Origin: Eledone cirrhosa
Taxonomy: Eukaryota
DNA: 64,000 bases
Assembly: GCA_964016885.1 (NCBI GenBank)
Contig: OZ024741.1
Coordinates: forward strand, 151,404,001 to 151,468,000
Reading direction: 5' to 3'
The position numbers and the translations under genes were made by a program. Each line of letters begins with the position of its first letter. Within the stretch, counting starts at the first letter, position 1. This document shows, piece after piece, positions 40,051 through 52,979 of this stretch. The notes beneath the pieces were generated by a model that saw nothing but the letters and a program-made list of their open reading frames with translations, was not told where the DNA came from and did no database searches.

Positions 40051-40620
40051 TATATACATAAGTGTGTGTGTGTATATGTATATATATGTGTATGTATATA
40101 TATGTGTGTATATATATATATATATATGTGTGTGTGTATGTATGTATACATATACATAAGTACATACACATTTTATTCGGTAGTTTCGGTCTACCAAATT
40201 TTACTCACATGGCTCACTGAACATTAGTTTATGGTAGAGAACGACATTGTTCATATTTGTATGTATGCATACATCCCAGTGCATGCGTCATATGCTGGTG
40301 TGTGTTTGTGTGTGTGCGTGCGTGTGAGCATATGTCTGTGTTTATGTAAATATATGCATATCTCTGTACGTGTGGTCGCCTATGCTATTATTTGTATGGG
40401 ATATGTTCACGTGATATTTATAGAAAAATAGATGAATTTAATACGGTTATAAATTTGTAATATATAGTCGATGCGTGGAGCAATACCTCGACGTATTTAG
40501 ATTAATGCGGTAGGCATCATTTTCTGACAACCTTTACACACACACATATGCGCAGGTACACACACATATGCGCACGTATGCTTTCATGTATGTAAATATG
40601 TATGTATGAATATATATGAT

Positions 40621-41522
40621 AATTATTTCTACTTTAGGCACAAGGCCAGCAATTTGAAGATGGGGGGGGGGGATCGAACCGGCCGGTGCTCAGCTGAAGG
40701 AGAGGGGAATGTCGATTAAATCAATCCCACCGTATTACTGATGCTTTATTTTATCAACCCCGTAAGGATGAAACGTAAAGCTAACCTCGGCGGGATTTGA
40801 ACTCAGTACGTAAAGAGCCGTAACTCTATACCACAAAGCATATTGTCCCATGCTCTATCGATACTGCCGATCCATATATACATACGCACGCGCACACTAC
40901 ACACACACATATACACATACGCGCACACATACGCACACACACACACACACACACATGCACGTGTATGCATTCATGTATGTACATATGTATGTATGAATAT
41001 ATATAATAATTGTTTCTACTTTAGACACAAGGCCAGCAATTTGAAGGGGAGGGGAATGTCGATTAAATCAACCCCAGTGCATTACTGATGTTTTATTCTA
41101 TCGACCCCGTAAGGATGAAAGGTAAAGCTAACCTCGGCGGGTATTGAACTCAGAACGTAAAGAGCCGTAACTCTATACCGCAAAGCATATTGTCCCTAGC
41201 TCTATCGGTACTGCCAATCCATATATACATACGCACACGTACACACACACACCCACACACATACACACACATACACACACACACACACACATATTCATAT
41301 CCCTGTGATAATCCGCAAATACGTTTGAATGTAATGATTGTTTCTACTTTAGGCACAAGGCCAGCAATTACCCAGTGCATTACTGGTACTTTATTTTATC
41401 GACCCCGTAAGGATGAAAGGCAAAGTCAACCTCGGCGGGATTTGAACTCAGATCGTAAAGGGACGTAACTATGCTGGAAAGCATGGCGTCCGACCCTCTA
41501 CCGATACTGCCAATCCACCGCC
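40621..41522 (-). mobile_element. Three tRNA SINEs: 40621-40873 and 41008-41220 (long variant, probably a local duplication) and 41339-41522 (15-bp TSD)
   Basis: Shared flanks catgtatgt..atgaatatatat precede the first two. TSD tttgaatgtaatgat at 41324-41338 and 41523-41537. Confidence 0.9.
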
Positions 41523-42542
41523 TTTGAATGTAATGATAGTACTTGATTGAGCATTGAAGAACAGGTAAATCCATTATATACATGTCTTTTGCCATGTGAT
41601 ATTATTTTGTTAGAGGAAATATGAATATATAAAGATAAAATATATCCAAAAAATATATTAAGTGCACATATGAAAGGTATATGGAGTATTATATATCTGG
41701 AAAAAATGAAAAATCATGAAATCCAGTTTGAATGTAAAGCTATTATAGAATGATACTTATGGAAAGACGTAGAATACGTTATATGAAAAAAAAAGTGAGA
41801 ATATTGAAATAAATCTGTCGTTCATAACGATGACTAAAAAAACCTTGTGGTCCCTTATACATGATATTTAAAGACAATGTGGAGGATGATATAAAATGCT
41901 ATTTTTCTTTATCTGCTGAGATAATATGGATAAAAATAGGCAGTAAAAATATGATAGAAAAGTATGATAAAATATCATAAAATTATTGAGATACAGAATC
42001 GTAAAAAATATATTCTTTTGGAAACACGGGTACATTTAACATTTTGAATACAAGAGTGAACATTTCAGTAAAGTTAGGTAATAAGAAACAAAACAAAGCC
42101 ACAGTTTTATCATATATTTCATGTCTTCAACGTCGTTTTCAAAAGGAAATGAATTGTGATGGGATTGACGAGTGGCGCTCTACTGCGTAAAATTTAATTG
42201 GAGGTGAAGATGAATGTCCTTAATTTACTTATATCACTCATATATCGACTTTTTATTTGTAGCGATTTTCCAAGACAATAACAACCATATATGTCTCAAT
42301 ACCTCTTATAAACTATACAGTTCTACAAAAAATAGATTTAAAAATTACAGAACAAAGATTTAAAAGGTTAAAACTAAAATGAGTTTAGATTATTGCAAAG
42401 AAGGTTAAGTGAAGCAAGGGCGTCAAAATAGAATAAAATGTAGTTGGAAAAGTTTCCAATGGTGCGTGTATGTTGCATTTGAGATGACTATTATCTGACT
42501 AACGTAAGCTAATCTGTACACATGCGAAAAAAATAAAAATAA

Positions 42543-42594
<52 letters not shown>

Positions 42595-42752
42595 TCCAGT
42601 CCTATAAACTGTTGAGTGCTACTTATCCGTTATTTGCATTGCTTTATTGTGCTCCAATAAAACTCACCTCCTACATTAACTTGTTCCTTGACTGTTTGAG
42701 TGCTAACTCTTATATCGGATACCTTCGATGGTCTCTAATTTTCTTCTATAAC

Positions 42753-45114
42753 ATGGATTATTACAACAACACAACTTCACTTAAAGACATTCCTATACCT
42801 GGTAAATCTGAACTCACTAAACTTCTGATTGAAAAAACTGACTCTTTTGTGAGAAGGCTTAGATGGATCGCTTTTTTCCACGACCAGCGATTAAAAGGAA
42901 ATTTTTATACTAAGGAACGTAACAATATTGATTATTTATTTAACTCTAGAAGAAATCCTCCTTTCAATAAAAATCTAGCACAGTTTGAGGAAGAATTAAC
43001 TAATATTATAAGAGGACTTAAATTCAAGAGAAACCCTTATAGAGGACAGGAGCACCTTATAAATCTCAGGAATACGATTTCGGACCTTAATTCTTCTATA
43101 AAAGTCTTAGTCCATTCCGACAAAACTACTAATTTATCCTAAGGAAGAATTATCGTAAAACTAACCATGAGAATCTGGATTCTATAAACTTGGAAGCTTC
43201 TGAGATTATGTCTAAACTTGGCATCGAGAAAAAGACCGAACCATTCTTCCCAAGAACTCCGAGGATAAATCTTAAGGATCACAAAAGTAACTTTCGAAGG
43301 GAACTGCCTGTTAGATTAATTGCCCCCTCTAAATCCGATCTGGGTTGTTAGTAAATCCATCTTGGATAGAATTATCCCACAGGTTCGTTCTAATTGCTCT
43401 ATTTCTAACTTAAATTTATTGATTGGTACATTTGATGTAATTAACTAGTTCAATGACCTGAATAATAAAAACAAACAAAAATTTATTCAGTTTGACATTG
43501 CCAGTTACTATTCTTCTATTTCGCCTTCACTCCTCAACAACGCTCTCTCTTTTGCATTTAAATATTCTGACATCACCACAGATGAACTATACATCATTCT
43601 CACCGCAAGAAAAACTATCCTGGAATTCAACAACGAATATTGGACTAGAGCTGATACTTCCAACAATTTTGATATCACAATGGGTTCGTCGGATTCAGCG
43701 CAATTGACGGACTTGATTGGAATCTTTATTTCGAATTCTTTAAATCGGAAAATTCCTCAACTTCGCGGTGGAATTTATCGTGACGATGGCATTTTTACTG
43801 TCTTAAACTGTAACTTAGTTAACCTTAATAGTATTAAGAATAATATACTTGATCTATTTAAGCACCATAACCTAAAAATTGAATTTGAAAACAACGTCAA
43901 ACTAGCTAACTTCCTGGATATATCCCTTAATCTTGACACCGGCCTATACTAACCTTGCCGTAAAGACAATGAGAATCTAAATTATGTTAATTTTATATCT
44001 AACCACCCTATTAACGTTAAACATGCTATAGTCAGTAATGTTGAAAAAAGAATCTCAAATCTATCTTCTAATAAACTTATCTTTGACGCTAAAGCCAATT
44101 ATTACAACAATGCGCTTTCCAGAGCCGGTTATCCTGACAAAATTAAATACATTAAAGAAACCAATCATCGGGGGACTTATAAGAATATAGTTAGTAATAA
44201 GCATTCCAATAACATAAAGAAAAGAGCTAGATATAAAAATATGATTTGGTACAACGCCCCTTTTTCTCTATCTATTATTAGTAATATTCCTAAACTATTT
44301 TTTAGGGCCTTAGATAAATGCTTCCCTCCTTCGCATATTTATAGTAAGATCTTTAATAAACATACAATTAAAATCTCTTATTCCACCAATTCCAACATCT
44401 CTAACATTATCTCAAAACATAATAATAAAATATTAACTAATAAATTATATCCATCCAACACTGAGCGTCATAATAATAGCAATAGTAAACCCGACGTCAA
44501 TGTTAACTCTAGGCTAGATTCCGTAAATTTAAATACGACGTCAAACGTAACTTTGTCGATTGTTCATAATACCAATCTAAATCAGGAAACTTTAGCCCCT
44601 ATCGTAAATAACTTCTCCAATTCAATTCTTTCTATAAATAATACTGGGTCACTTGCTAATAACTCTGGTAATTTCTCTAATCGTAATTGCAATTGCCCTG
44701 TTAGAACTAAATGTCCTCTTAGTAACCTATGTCTTGATAAAAATTTAGTGTATGAATGTAAGGTTATAAGGTACTAATTCTTTTACCTATTTTGGTTCCA
44801 CTTCCACTTCCTTTAAAGCAAGATTTTATAATCACAATTTCTCTTTTAAATACCAACTTAAAAGAACTAACACGGCACTCTCAGAACCCATATGGTCCTT
44901 AAAGGACAAAAATATTAACTACAACATTTCTTGGAGGAAGGTTTGCAACGCCTCTCCTTACCTTAATTCTTCCTTATCCAGAACATGTAATCTCTGCCTA
45001 GCGGAGAAATTTACCATTATCTCTAATTTTAATTCTATAATAAATAGACGTACGGATTTATTTTCGCTCTGCTTGCATAAATCCCATAGAACTTTCCATA
45101 AAGTATACTGCTAA
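42753..45114 (+). pseudogene. PLE RT / GIY-YIG polyprotein with stops and frameshifts
   Basis: SLKDIPIP..LIEKTDSFVRRLRW, LKDHK..PVRLIAPSKSDLG, FIQFDI, MGSSDSAQ, GIYRDDG, NFLDI, SNHP, IWYNAPFS, CNCPVRTKCPLSNLCL..LVY, YFGST..FKARFYNH, CNLCLAEK, CLH. Stops at about 43140, 43446 and 43950, and a frameshift at about 44772. Confidence 0.9.
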
Positions 45115-46028
45115 TATCTTATTACCTAATTAGTTTAAAATCTTCTTTTCTCAAACGCTTTTATATTTTTTTACAAATATACCCATCTTTCTACCTTATT
45201 TCAGTATATTATACAATATTACTCATACTATGTCGTTAGCGGTCCCCTAATTTTCTTCTTTTTTAATTTCTAATCTTTAATCTACAACTTTTACTTCTCA
45301 ATTATTTCTTAATTCATATTATAACTCACTATAGCTATTCCTTATATTCTTGGCCATATAAATGTTTAATATATACTAATATTACCATTAGTGAAATTTT
45401 GTAAACATATTTTTTGACGTTATATATTCTCCCTTGTATTTCTTCTTTCTTCTCTCCTTCCGTGCTCGTATTAAACCTATTATTTAGTCTTTCCTATTAC
45501 AATATATAGAAACAAACTTGGACCCTAAGTAATTCTCCTAAGTTCATAATTCATTTAACCTTATCTTCATTCACCTTATCTTCTTAATATATTTTATTTT
45601 AATAATACATTTTAATAAATCCTTTTCGCACATATTATTAAACTCTTCAATATATAAATAAACAGTATTCTTAATTCCTTTTTCTTTAATCATAAGCATC
45701 ACCATTCATAAACCTCATTAACTTTTAATTTCTTAATTTTTTTAAATTATGTATTATCTTGCAACGGTTTTTTTTTAATTTCTCTCTGTGAGACAGTGTT
45801 TCTCAGTATTAAAGGTTATCTCTCTCTCTAACTCATTTTCACCTCCTCTCCCATCCTTTCCTTATTATATTTATTTTCTTATTATATTCTTTCTTCCTCT
45901 TCCTTACCTCCTCCCCCCTTCCTTTCCTTTTTTCCCAATCTCATATATCCATCTTATTTTATTTTTCATATGTTTATTTAACACTTCACTGCTCGCAAGT
46001 GTTTTTGAAGCTTCATATCATGTCTCCC

Positions 46029-46098
46029 TATTTTATCTGATGAGAACGCAAATATCATCCCATGATGATATTATTTTTGAAATGCGCATAATAAAATA
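46029..46098 (+). ncRNA. Type-I hammerhead motif at the Naiad 3' end
   Basis: tattttat CTGATGA gaacgca aatatcat ccc atgatgatatt attttt GAAA tgcgca TA ataaaata. Confidence 0.8.
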
Positions 46099-46128
46099 CA
46101 TGGAACTTTTTTAACCATCTTTTTATTT

Positions 46129-46189
<61 letters not shown>

Positions 46190-46192
<3 letters not shown>

Positions 46193-48332
46193 AATGCTTA
46201 ATCAAGAATATCATATACTCATGCACCGTCACAACTAGCAACTCTTCTGAAACCTATATAGGCTCTACTTCAAACTGCTTCAAAACCAGATACAATTCGC
46301 ACCTCAACTCTTTCAAAAAACACAGTCTAGCCAACTCCACTTCACTATCTAGCTACATACACTATCTAAAAACTAAAAATAAATCTTATACACTTAAATC
46401 GGAAGTGATAGGTAACGCGACGTCGTACAAACCACCTAATAAATTTTGTAACCTATGTCTACTAGAGACCCATACTATTATCTTCTCAAACCATAACCCC
46501 CTTAATAAAAAATCAGAAGTGTTCGCGTCTTGCCAGCACCGCTTCTGACACTCCTTCCAAAACTTTAAACCCAATATATAACAATGTCAGACTTGAACCC
46601 GTCACCACCTCTAGCAACAAACCTCAAGGGTACACCTTACACCACATCTCCACACTCATTGATCCACTTTAACACAAATAGTGACATCCTTCTAGAACCT
46701 TTTACCCTAGAGATATCCCCATGTACATCTACTTTTAGTATAATTGCCTTCAATTACTTAGACTACATTAGACCACTATATAATTAATGTAAACTTTAAA
46801 CACTGAATTGGTTGTGCTAATGTTGTTCTGTGTATGGCGTGCCATCATTGGATAAATGGAAGATTAATTAATTTATTAACATAAAAGAGCTATATAACCT
46901 ATATGCTGAGTACAATGAATTATGTACGAGTGATATATGAGTTATACATACATGTATGACTTGATGGTCAGATTAGTGACATTGTAAGTGAGAATTGATC
47001 TCTGGTCTACCCTAGTGATATTTAACTTTGCGATGCAATCAGACATGCAATGACCCAGAGCTTACCAGGAGTTATATATAGAAGTGATTCTAATAAAACC
47101 CTGCCAGGTTCTGCGGGTAGACTACACTTACAAAGATCATTGATTTGGGGATCTGACACTTCATGTGGAATATTCAGTTGTGGCACTCTATGATAGAGGG
47201 TAATCATCCTAATATGAACACCTTTAGTACTTCTTGATAGACTACACTGTAATTTATAGATAGGATACTTAAATTTAGAAACTGTTTATAACCTTATATG
47301 ATAGGGACTCATTTGAGACACCATTTAATGTACATTAGGATAATAAATTTAGTTATAGAAATCAGCTAGTTACCTCCCCTCACGCTTTAACTCCCCTTAA
47401 TCACACACACACTTCCGGAAAATAATACGATATTAATTCTCGCAACAAAAACAACCTGCTCTATAAAATTGGATTAAAGAACAACAAGCTGCAATATTCT
47501 AACCTAATTCATCAAGCATCCAATATTGAATCATCGTAGATTATGTGAAGGACATATAATCTATATATTACGTTTCCTGGATTGTGCAAATGGTGGTGTA
47601 TACGAAAACCATAACATTGTTTTGCTTCTCATTTTTAATATTTTTAATATTTTTAATATTTTTAATATTTTTAATATTTTTAATATTTCTCTGCACACAA
47701 GCTTCTATATCATACATAAAAAAATACTTTACCAATACAATCCCCATAATACTCTTGATTGCCCGCTTAAAGTGCTTGTATTATATATAACACCCTGCCG
47801 CACTATAATCTTATATAAAAAAGACACACGTGCATGCCCCACGTGTAACTATTGCATACACTAACTACTTCTAACTATCCTCTTACATTATCTTCGTAAA
47901 CTGCCAATGTTGTATTTTAACTTTAATTTTATTTTCTTTTAATATGACTTTAATCTTTGAATGTAAATTGCCATGCTAAAATATTATAATGGATGTCAAC
48001 CCACTGTGCATCAATATATACATATGTTTCTGTATGTCTCTTGTGTTGGAAAGGAGGTCATGTATGTAAACAATCATTGAAAAATTGCTACGAAGACTCC
48101 AAACCTCGGTTTGGAAGAAACAATTGTAAGCGAATAAATGGTTTGAACAGATCTTTGATTCATGTAATTTCTATATAACTGCTCTGTAGAACAACTGATG
48201 TTATTACATTGAGCTATTTATCTTACTGGTAATAAGGTAGTAATAAAATACTGTCTTTCACTATTTAGGGTTTAAAATATATATAACTATAAAAGGTTTT
48301 AGTATATACATAACCATAAATAGTATCCTTAA

Positions 48333-48335
<3 letters not shown>
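46190..48335 (+). mobile_element. Second Naiad-type PLE, 5'-truncated (GIY-YIG 46192-46548, long 3' region, degenerate HHR 48085-48133)
   Basis: An open frame absent from the ORF track reads KCLIKNIIYSCTV..YIGSTSNCFKTRYNSH..STSLSSYIHYLK..CNLCLLE..LNKKSEVFASCQH. HHR-like ttgct ACGAAGA ctccaaac ctcg gtttggaa GAAAC aatt GTA agcga. The 3' limit is approximate. Confidence 0.8.
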
Positions 48336-48389
<54 letters not shown>

Positions 48390-49733
48390 ATTATTATTAT
48401 TATCATTATTATTATTATTATTCTCTACATTCCTTACATTAAACAAAAAGTATGTTGACAATCTTTTCATAATGTCTTCCTTGTGAATCCTTACATTGTG
48501 TTGTTTAGTATGTATTTAAATAGCTCTGCACTATACATAGAGCACTCTTCTTTCCTTTATCTTTTCTACGGAAATACTTAACACCCCCCTCCCACACACA
48601 CACATATATATATATGTGTGGGGGGGAGAGTCGAAACGGAGCTCAGCCATCGGGGTCCTGACTCTTTTCCTATTACCCACTCTACTACCCAGTGTCGAGT
48701 ACTTCGGCGCGTTATGGTCCACCTGGTTACTGCCCACACTTCCTTCCTTATATGTATACGTATGTATTCATGTGTATGTGTACATGTGTACGCGATGTGC
48801 ATTTAGATTTGTGTACGCTTTAACAAACGGTTTCTTGGACAGAAATAATCTCATTCAGATGTTTTGCTAGTCCACTCTCTTATTTAATCCATTTTCAAAT
48901 ATATTTTTCTACTATATCATTTTTTCTCTGATTCTGTGTATTTATAAATTCATATTTATGTCATAATTTTCTATTATAGCTTTTTCTTTGCGTATTTTAT
49001 GACGTTTTTTATCATATAATATCTCATCATATTAAGACAAAAGCATTTGATGTCATAGTCTTTAAATATCCTCTATCAGTTACTACAGTTTATTCTGCAT
49101 CTGTATCATCCACTCATCTATCTCAATGCCTTGTTACATCGCCTTCATATAACATTTTATTCCACGCATTTCGATATACATCATTCTATCAAATATTAAC
49201 TAGCTTTAATAATTTTTTAGATATTTTTCAGATATCTAAAAGCCACTGAAAATGGTTTAATTCCACAAAGCAATTTGATGAAGTTTAGATATATCATATC
49301 GTTATCAACTCCCACATTTCATATTCATTGGCCTTTTATTTCGTTTGTATTCTGTGTGTGTATGTGTGTGTGTGTGTGAGGGGGGGGGTCATTTTATATA
49401 ACCTGCTTCATGATTGAGTGGTCGGCATCTTGACTGGTGCCCCCACGAGTCCGCCCCGCCCCCATGTCTGGAGCCGAGGGTAGATAAAACCCCAGCAGCA
49501 TAAAAAAAACAACAAGAACTGTTAAAAGGACAGGTGACCTCCTCAGAGCAACGGCCATCCACCAAATCCACAGCCAACCCACAATTAGCCAAGCTTGGTG
49601 AGTACGTATACATCCCTGACATGGACAATATATAAATACCTCTCCAGTATTGGGGCCGATTCTTCGGCTGTCTCTTTCTCACTTCCAATCACTCTCTCTC
49701 TCTTTCTCTGGAAGAAACCGACATTCACACTAC

Positions 49734-49818
<85 letters not shown>

Positions 49819-50019
49819 TCTCTGGAAGAAAATCGACTATGTTGAAATCTAGTGAGAGGGATGGGCTACGTCAGGTTTTTTAAATACCCAAGACACGTCG
49901 TATGTCACTATGGTGACCCTACACCTTCACCAGGATTTATTTGTCTATACATATTCAGTGACATTGCATTTCAAAATTGTTTTTACACTTTGCATGTTTT
50001 TGCTGAATGTTGTTTTTGT

Positions 50020-50252
50020 TACTACTGCTGTTGTTTTTGTTGTTGTTGTGGATGTTGAGTTTAATGATGCCGTTGTTGTTGTTGTTGTAATTCTATTATT
50101 GTTGTTCACGTTGCTACTCTTGTTTGTGTATTTGATGATTGTGTTGTTCATGTTGATGCTGTTATTGTTAGTTTTGTTGTTGTTTTTGTTGTTGTTGTTC
50201 TGGCTACTGCTGCTGTTGTTGCTGATGCTGTTATTGTTAATTTTGTTGTTGC

Positions 50253-50304
<52 letters not shown>

Positions 50305-50783
50305 CTGGCTACTGCTACTGTTGTTGCTGATGCTGTTATTGTTAATTTTGTTGTTGTTGTTGTTGTTGTTGTTCTGGCTACTGCTGCTGTTGTTGCTGAT
50401 GCTGTTATTGTTAATTTTGTTGTTGTTGTTGTTGTTGTTCTGGCTACTGCTGCTGTTGTTGCTGGTGCTGTTATTTATGCTATTGTCGATGCAGATGTCA
50501 ATGTTATTGTTGAGGTTGTTGATACTACTATTGTTGATGTTATTGTTGTTGTTATTATTGATGTGGTTGTTGATGATGTTGATACTGGTGTTGTTGATAT
50601 AGTTGCTGAGGTTGATGTTGAGGATGCTGATGGTGATGTTGATGCTTTTGATTATGCTGTTGTTATTGGAGATGTTGTTGCAGTTGTTGATGGTGTCGAT
50701 GTTGCTGTTATATATGCAGTTGTTGTTGCTGCTGTTGTTCATGTTGTTAATGTAGTAGTAGTAGCAGTAGCAGTAGTAGTAGC

Positions 50784-50845
<62 letters not shown>

Positions 50846-50916
50846 TAGTAGTAGCAGCAGTAGTAGTAGCAGTAGTAGTAGCAGTAGTAGTAGTAGTAAT
50901 AGTAGCAGCAGTATTG

Positions 50917-50947
<31 letters not shown>

Positions 50948-51086
50948 CAGCAGCAGCAGTAGTAGTAGTAGTAGTAGTAGTAGCAGTAGTAGTAGTAGTA
51001 GTAGTTTTAGTAGTAGTTTTAGTAGTAGTTTTAGTAGTAGTAGTAGTAGTAGTAGTAGTAGCAGAGCAGCAACAGCAGCAGCAGCA

Positions 51087-51138
<52 letters not shown>

Positions 51139-51154
51139 CAGTAGTAGTAGCAGT

Positions 51155-51210
<56 letters not shown>

Positions 51211-51238
51211 CAGCAGTAGTAGTAGCACTAGCAGCAGT

Positions 51239-51294
<56 letters not shown>

Positions 51295-51310
51295 TCGTAG
51301 TAGTAGTTAA
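50020..51310. repeat. Compound (TTG)n/(GTA)n/(GCA)n tract with an internal approximately 66-bp tandem
   Basis: ttctggctactgct recurs four times in 50198-50452. Confidence 0.9.
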
Positions 51311-51648
51311 TTACAATTGATATATTTGTATTCAGTGCATGCTGTTGTAGATGACAACAATGACTACGACAACAATGACAATGATATGGTGAGAAGGATG
51401 CCACCGATGTGATGGCTTATTGTATCGTAACGCTTCCATATTTCAAATTTCTCCAGTGCTGACAGCAACTGTGTGGTCATCAAAATACGGAAGATGAATG
51501 GATGAGAAGAAAAGGAATATCACAATAACAACAATAATATAACAACAATGATAATAATAACAATAAATATAATAGTAATAATAACAAGAGTAATAATAAT
51601 TATCATCATAATTATTATCATTATTATTATTGTTATTATGGTTATTAT

Positions 51649-51835
51649 GGTGGATTGGCAGTATCGGTAGAGGGTCGGACGCCATGCTTTCCAGCATAGT
51701 TACGTCCCTTTACGGTCTGAGTTCAAATCCCGCCGAGGTTGACTTTGCCTTTCATCCTTACGGGGTCGATAAAATAAAGTACCAGCAATGTACTGGGTAA
51801 TTGCTGGCCTTGTGCCTAAAGTAGAAACAATTATT
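51649..51835 (+). mobile_element. Main-family tRNA SINE in (ATT)n
   Basis: Near-identical to the reverse complement of 41339-41522. Confidence 0.9.
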
Positions 51836-51847
51836 ATTGTTATTATT

Positions 51848-52746
51848 GTGATGGGCAAGTGCGATGACGCACTGGGAGAAGCTTTGGGTCTTGACGAAGT
51901 CGAACTGACCAGTCTGTACCGGAGGACTTTCGAGCCGGGGACGATGGACAATTTCCAGAAATCCCTCGCTTGGCAGTGCTACGGGGGGGGGGGAGGGGCG
52001 CACTGCCGTTTCGGGACAAACTCTACAGGTACGGAAGTGTTGTCAGACGGACCTGCCCAGGATGCGCACAGAACGATGAAACCGTTTCTGCACGCACTTG
52101 TCCAATGTCCGTGCATTACTGACTTGTGGAGTTATGTCGAACAGCTACTGTCGCGTGTGGAACAAATCCGGCTATAGTGAAGATCGACCCGCCGCCTTCC
52201 TTAGGTCAGGAAGAGCAGGAAATTTTCCTCTGTCTGGTGGCAGTTACGAAAGAGGTTATATGGTGGACCAGGTTGAAAGGACTGAAGACAGACACTTTTC
52301 TCTTCAGCCAATCACTCATCAACTTCTTCAAGTTTCATCTGGAAAGGAAGGTGAAGGTGGAGAGAGAAGTGCTGCCCCCCCTCCCCTCCAGTACATTTGC
52401 TAAAAGGTGGATGAATGTGCCGAGAATGGCTCGTGTGAATGGGCCTACTCTGACCATGCGCCTATAGGCTAGCTAACTTGAGGAGAGGGGTGCTCTCCCT
52501 GGGTGCCCTAGAAGCGCAGGGTGGTTCAGGATTGGTGGGGTACCCGAATCACCCCAGAGTGGTCCACCCCCTATCGGGGAATTTATTTTGTTATATTTAT
52601 GCATAGTTTATTTTATATTTTTATATATTCATTGTTAAATTAGTCTTGCCATTGTGCACTTTTACTCGACCTTATTGTAAACCCCCACTGTCCCTGTCTT
52701 TGTATTGTCCCCTACATGTTGGCCCTTGTGGCTAATAAATGAAATC
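51848..52746 (+). mobile_element. Tx1/L1-group LINE 3' fragment
   Basis: MDNFQKSLAWQCY, CPGC..ETVSARTC-like knuckle remnant, KEVIWWTRLKGLK and MARVNGPTL. It ends in gctaataaatgaaatc + (TTA)n. Confidence 0.9.
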
Positions 52747-52979
52747 GTTATTATTATTATTATTATTGGCGACCTACGTAGGAAATCGTATCATCGTGAG
52801 CTCCGCAAAGGTTTGTTATTTTCAGTTGTTTCAAATTGCCATTTATGGATAAATTTTGTTGTTAAGTTTATAAGGTCACATAATTTGCTTTCGGAAAAGA
52901 ACACTCAAAAAGATTTGGGCCTTGAGCCCAAAATTTAAACTTTTATAATTATCAAACAAAAACTTTCTTTGAAAAAATC

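Larger units (their letters stand above)
42593..46132 (+). mobile_element. Penelope-like element, Naiad-type, near full length, between (TA)n tracts
   Basis: RT plus C-terminal GIY-YIG pseudogene, about 0.9 kb of AT-rich 3' region, and a terminal HHR. Confidence 0.9.

Noticed and set aside
46546-46548. Selenocysteine TGA in the Naiad GIY-YIG (reported for some Naiads)
   Set aside because: The TGA lies after the conserved CxH and not at a cysteine position, the first element's stops are TAA/TAG, and no SECIS was recognised.
49385-49740. LTR or promoter-like GC-richer island with TATATAAATA
   Set aside because: No partner LTR, TG..CA ends, PBS or downstream gene was seen.
49910-51228. Long poly-Leu, poly-Asn and poly-Val ORFs
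   Set aside because: They are simple trinucleotide repeats.
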